Origin: Mobula hypostoma
Taxonomy: Eukaryota
NCBI RefSeq assembly: GCF_963921235.1
Contig: NC_086097.1
Coordinates: forward strand, 125,800,001 to 125,864,000
Length of the DNA stretch: 64,000 nt
Reading direction: 5' to 3'
Each line of letters opens with the position of its first letter. Position 1 is the first letter of the stretch. Below are positions 60,958-64,000 of this stretch, one piece after another. The position numbers and the translations under genes are program-made. The notes beneath the pieces were generated by a model. That model was not told where the DNA came from. It was given only the letters and a program-made list of their open reading frames with translations, and made no database searches.

Positions 60958-62539
60958 TTCGGTGAATACCTTGGATGGCACGGATAAATTGGGACAGAGG
61001 ACTCATTTCCAAGATGTATTACTCTATGGCTCCAAAGCTATTCATTATTTACTTTTACTTTATCCCCAAGTGATAACTAAAGTATATGGACACTTATTCT
61101 AGTCCCTTTTTGTTTCCTTGTTTTTGGCCAGTTACTTTCATTTTAGTTTGGGATTCTCTTTCGTTAATCTGCCCCTCTTTGCTTCTGTCTCACTGACTTA
61201 CACTTTTGCTTTATCTTCCTCTCCCTTCACTTTTCCACCAGCAGTCCTCACTCATCCCATATCCTCATCACCAACCCAAACTTCTGCTACTTCTTTAAAA
61301 CTGATTTCCAGCTAGGTCCCTGACCTAGAAAATCCACCCTCTCCCTCCACAGATGCTGACGAGTCTGCAAAATATTCATGGCATTTTGTTGTTTCTTTTT
61401 CATAACTGAAGATTTCAGCCAATTTTATGAATAGATGAAGACACAACAGTTGTACCTTCAGAAACAGTATGGTTATGAACTGAATACCCAAGTCTAAGTT
61501 ACAAACTCCTTCAAGAGCAGAAAGGTAACAGAAAATTAAAAATTCTTCCTAATATACATGCATCATAGATGAGCCTTTGAAAGATATTTGATTTGTAGAA
61601 AACAGGTGAAATGCTTATTAGCATATGAAATAATATCTAGAATTAAACAGGCTTTGTGTAAAAGTCACATGCAAAACATGAATACTTTAAATACATCTAT
61701 GTTTCAACTTGGTTTTATTGACAGTATTCCAGGCCAAGGGTGTCAAGTACATTTTTCAGGCTTTTACTTTGGAAAATCTGCAATAGTTGTATTCAAGAGA
61801 ATGCTGCCCTCAGAAGTACGAAGTTATCTTATTTTAAATAAAAACATCTATTTAGAATAGACAAAGTTATTTAAATCTGTGTGGACTGAACCAAATTAGG
61901 TCAGTTTTGCAATACGAGTCTCCATCTTAAGTTTCTTTGAAATCGTAATTCTAACAAACTGAACAATTTATTTACTGTAATGTTTTATTCGTCTACAGAA
62001 AATGTTTCCAACCTATGCAAGCTGTATTGTAAGTAGTAGAATGATAATGATTGATTCTTAGTGATGCTGCTTTCATTCATAGCATCTGTGATCCTATCTC
62101 ACAGCAATATGGGTGTGTTTATGCCAAAAGGAACTCTCTTTCTAATGGACCACAATAAGAACAAAGCTTCAACTGCAGAATTATATTCTATTATTAATTC
62201 TATCTGTAATTATATCCTACCAGAAGGCATTACCAGACTAATTTTCCAAGTAATATCACAAAACACCACAAGTGCGTCAGGCCACACTCAGTTGTTCTTG
62301 TTCTTTCCCCCACAGAAAGGGAAACAAAAACAAGCGCATAATTTAAGGTGAGGGGAAGATTTCAAAGGGACTTGAGAGGCACTTACTTCAAGCAAAGGAT
62401 GGGTGAGTATATGGAATAAACTGCCAGAGAAATTAGTTGAGACGAGTACACTTAAAAGGCATTTAGATAACACATGCATAGGAAAGGTTTGGAGGGATAT
62501 GGGCAAAAGTACCGATTTGTATGGATTACTCATTTGCTT

Positions 62540-64000
62540 TCACTTCACCTCAAGAAATGACAACAGTATACTCCAGTCTTGTTCTTTTAAAAAAAAAGAA
62601 ACAGTCCATCCCAACACATTTCAAATCATAGTCAGGGACTTCAACCAGGCTTGTTTGAAGAAATCTCTGCCCAACTCCCAACATGGTAGACGACTTTTAT
62701 ACCAAGATAAGGAATGCTTACCATTCCATGTTCAGACCACATTTTGGTAAATTGGATCACTTGGCTGTCTTTCTCCTACTTGCACTGAGGTAGAGGCTAC
62801 AGAGCAAAGCTCAGAAAATAGAACACCAAAGAGATGGAAACAACAGGAATTCTGCAGATGCTGGAAATTCAAGCAACACACATAAAAGTTGCTGGCGAAC
62901 GCAGCAGGCCAGGCAGCATCTGTAGGAAGAGGTGCAGTCGGCGTTTCAGGCCGAGACCCAAAGAGATGGTATGGGAGGCTGGGGAGCTGCTACATGATCA
63001 CTTCGAGTCAGTGGACCGGCCATGTTCAAGAACTCATTTGTGGACCTGAATGAATACACCATGGTTGTCAATGACTTTATTAAAACAGCTGTTAACAAGT
63101 GTGTCCCCACAAAATCATTCAGTCTTCCCCAACCAGAAGCCCCAGATGAACCATGATATCCACAATCTGATGAGGGCCAGGTCAGAGGTATTCAAGTCTG
63201 GTGACCAAGGAAGTTACAAGGAAGTCCAAATATGACCTCCAGAAAGCCATCTCACAGGCGAGGTAGCAATTCCAGACTAAACTTGAATCAACAAAGTATG
63301 CTTGCTAGTTGTGCCAGGACTTAAATACCATCAGCTCTTATAAAGTAAAATCAAGCAAAATAGGTGACAACATGAATTTGCTTCCAGATGAGCTCAATGC
63401 CTTCTATGCTCGCTTTGACTGTCAAAAGATGGAAGAACCATCACAAACTCCCAAAGCCCCCAGTGATCCAGTGATTTCAGTCTCTGATGCTGACATGCAA
63501 ACATCCTTCTGGAGAGTGAACCCATGAAAAGCACCCAGCCAAGAAAAACCTGTGCTGTACAACTAGCTGGAGTGTTCACTGAGATCTTTAATCTTTCGCT
63601 TCAGCAGTCTGAGGTACCCGCCTGTTTCAAGCAGGTTTCAATTATACCCATGCCTACAAAGAAGGCAGTAAGCTGCCTCAATCATTATAATCCAGTAGCA
63701 CTTACATCCAGAGTGATAAAACATATCAACTCCTGCCTCAGGAGTGACGAGGATCATCTCCAATTTGCCTATCAGAACAAGAGGTCCACATCAGTTGCCA
63801 TCTCACTGGCTCTTTACTGAACCCCGGAACATCTGGACAGCAAAGGGGCATACATCAGGGTGCTCGGCATTCAATAATATCATCTCGTCAAAACAAATCA
63901 ATGAGATCCAAGACCTCGGCCTCAGTACCTCCTTGTTCAATTTGATCCTCAATTTCCTCACTTGCAGACCCCAGTCAGTTCAGATTGGCAACGTCTCCTC
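62540..64000 (+). mobile_element. Degenerate Rex1/Babar-like LINE (endonuclease to RT start), running off the window
   Basis: HPNTFQIIVRDFNQA, LPDELNAFYARFD, QLAGVFTEIFNLSL..CLNHYNPVALTS. Confidence 0.85.
62838..62957 (-). repeat. Penelope-terminal fragment inserted in the Rex1-like LINE with 12-bp TSD
   Basis: ccaaagagatgg duplicated at 62826-62837 and 62958-62969. Confidence 0.8.

Noticed and set aside
62035..62260. Intronic C/D snoRNA or conserved non-coding element
   Set aside because: No properly placed C and D boxes with a terminal stem on the host (minus) strand; conservation cannot be assessed without alignments.
1..64000. The many 60-150 aa ORFs in the track as independent genes; any operon, defence system or CRISPR array
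   Set aside because: They are exon read-throughs into introns, antisense frames or transposon remnants. No regularly spaced repeat-spacer array was seen, and the DNA is a vertebrate intron-exon locus.
58674..64000. Preceding UBR5 exon (...CFPTSNKETKEEE)
   Set aside because: No matching coding segment was found by eye; it probably lies beyond 64000.

Overview
Vertebrate genomic DNA, most likely from a cartilaginous fish (ray or shark). This is inferred from the repeat content: V-SINE/HE1-like SINEs, DeuSINE relics, abundant CR1, Rex1/Babar-like and Penelope-like elements. The whole window lies inside the middle of the UBR5 (EDD/HYD, HECT E3 ubiquitin ligase) gene on the minus strand. I traced 23 consecutive coding exons (58673 down to 2793; 3458 nt, about 1152 codons) with consistent splice phases. 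They include the UBR-box zinc finger; the start, UBA, MLLE and HECT regions are outside the window. The introns are packed with transposon relics: a near full-length CR1, three Tc1 copies, Harbinger, Tigger, hAT and Tc1 MITEs, Rex1-like fragments and Penelope termini. Most notable: a candidate extra in-frame 48-nt cassette exon (1880-1927), a required GC-AG intron next to the UBR-box, a twister-ribozyme-like motif heading an RTE-derived element (about 60690), and Penelope-borne minimal hammerhead motifs with fold-back palindromes. No prokaryotic-type system or CRISPR array is present.
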